NCBI RefSeq assembly: GCF_000281045.1
Contig: NW_008246095.1
Span: forward strand, 361,087-406,727
From: Saprolegnia diclina VS20
Lineage: Eukaryota
Direction: 5' to 3'
DNA: 45,641 nt
Below the pieces are notes generated by a model, which saw nothing but the letters and a program-made list of their open reading frames with translations, was not told where the DNA came from and did no database searches. Below are positions 45,527-45,641 of the stretch, one piece after another (positions within the stretch are counted from its first letter, which is position 1; every line of letters starts with the position of its first letter). The translations under genes were made by a program, and so were the position numbers.

Positions 45527-45641
45527 CGCGCCCCGACATTGCGTACGCGACGAACCTCATGGCGCGCCACCTCAACGCACCCAACGAACACCACGGCAGC
45601 CAGCTGCGCCGCATCCTGCGCTACCTCAAGGCGACGCGCAC
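45526..45641 (+). mobile_element. Ty1/copia LTR retrotransposon pol fragment (end of RT, before RNase H)
   Basis: Translates TRPDIAYATNLMARHLNAPNEHHGSQLRRILRYLKATR, matching the copia TRPDIAYAV...KRILRYLKGT motif. Truncated by the window end. Confidence 0.8.

Noticed and set aside
1..45641. tRNA, rRNA, CRISPR arrays or prokaryotic operon features
   Set aside because: None recognisable; the sequence is intron-containing eukaryotic DNA.

Overview
Gene-dense, GC-rich eukaryotic DNA with short (~40-60 nt) GT-AG introns and CCAAT-box promoters. Gene content and intron style suggest a flagellated stramenopile, probably a saprolegnialean oomycete (inference). Genes in order: F-box protein (+), EF-hand/ankyrin/FN3 protein (-), PDZ-like/coiled-coil protein (+), cyclin (-), inner-arm axonemal dynein heavy chain (-), two tandem four-domain voltage-gated cation channels (+) with a small intronless 4x23-aa STPR-repeat gene (-) between them, CSN6 (+), a METTL21-type methyltransferase (-), DRC7/CCDC135 (-), a PDK/BCKDK kinase (+), two tandem NAPE-PLD genes (+), and a Ty1/copia RT fragment joined to a 138-bp near-perfect inverted repeat. 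Four assembly gaps fall within the duplicated genes. The most notable observations are the non-canonical S/D/E/E channel selectivity filter, the STPR-type gene sharing a 129-bp divergent promoter with channel copy 2, the fold-back beside the copia fragment, and regularly spaced CCAAT pairs. Multi-exon gene coordinates are start-to-stop spans built by eye; no searches were run.
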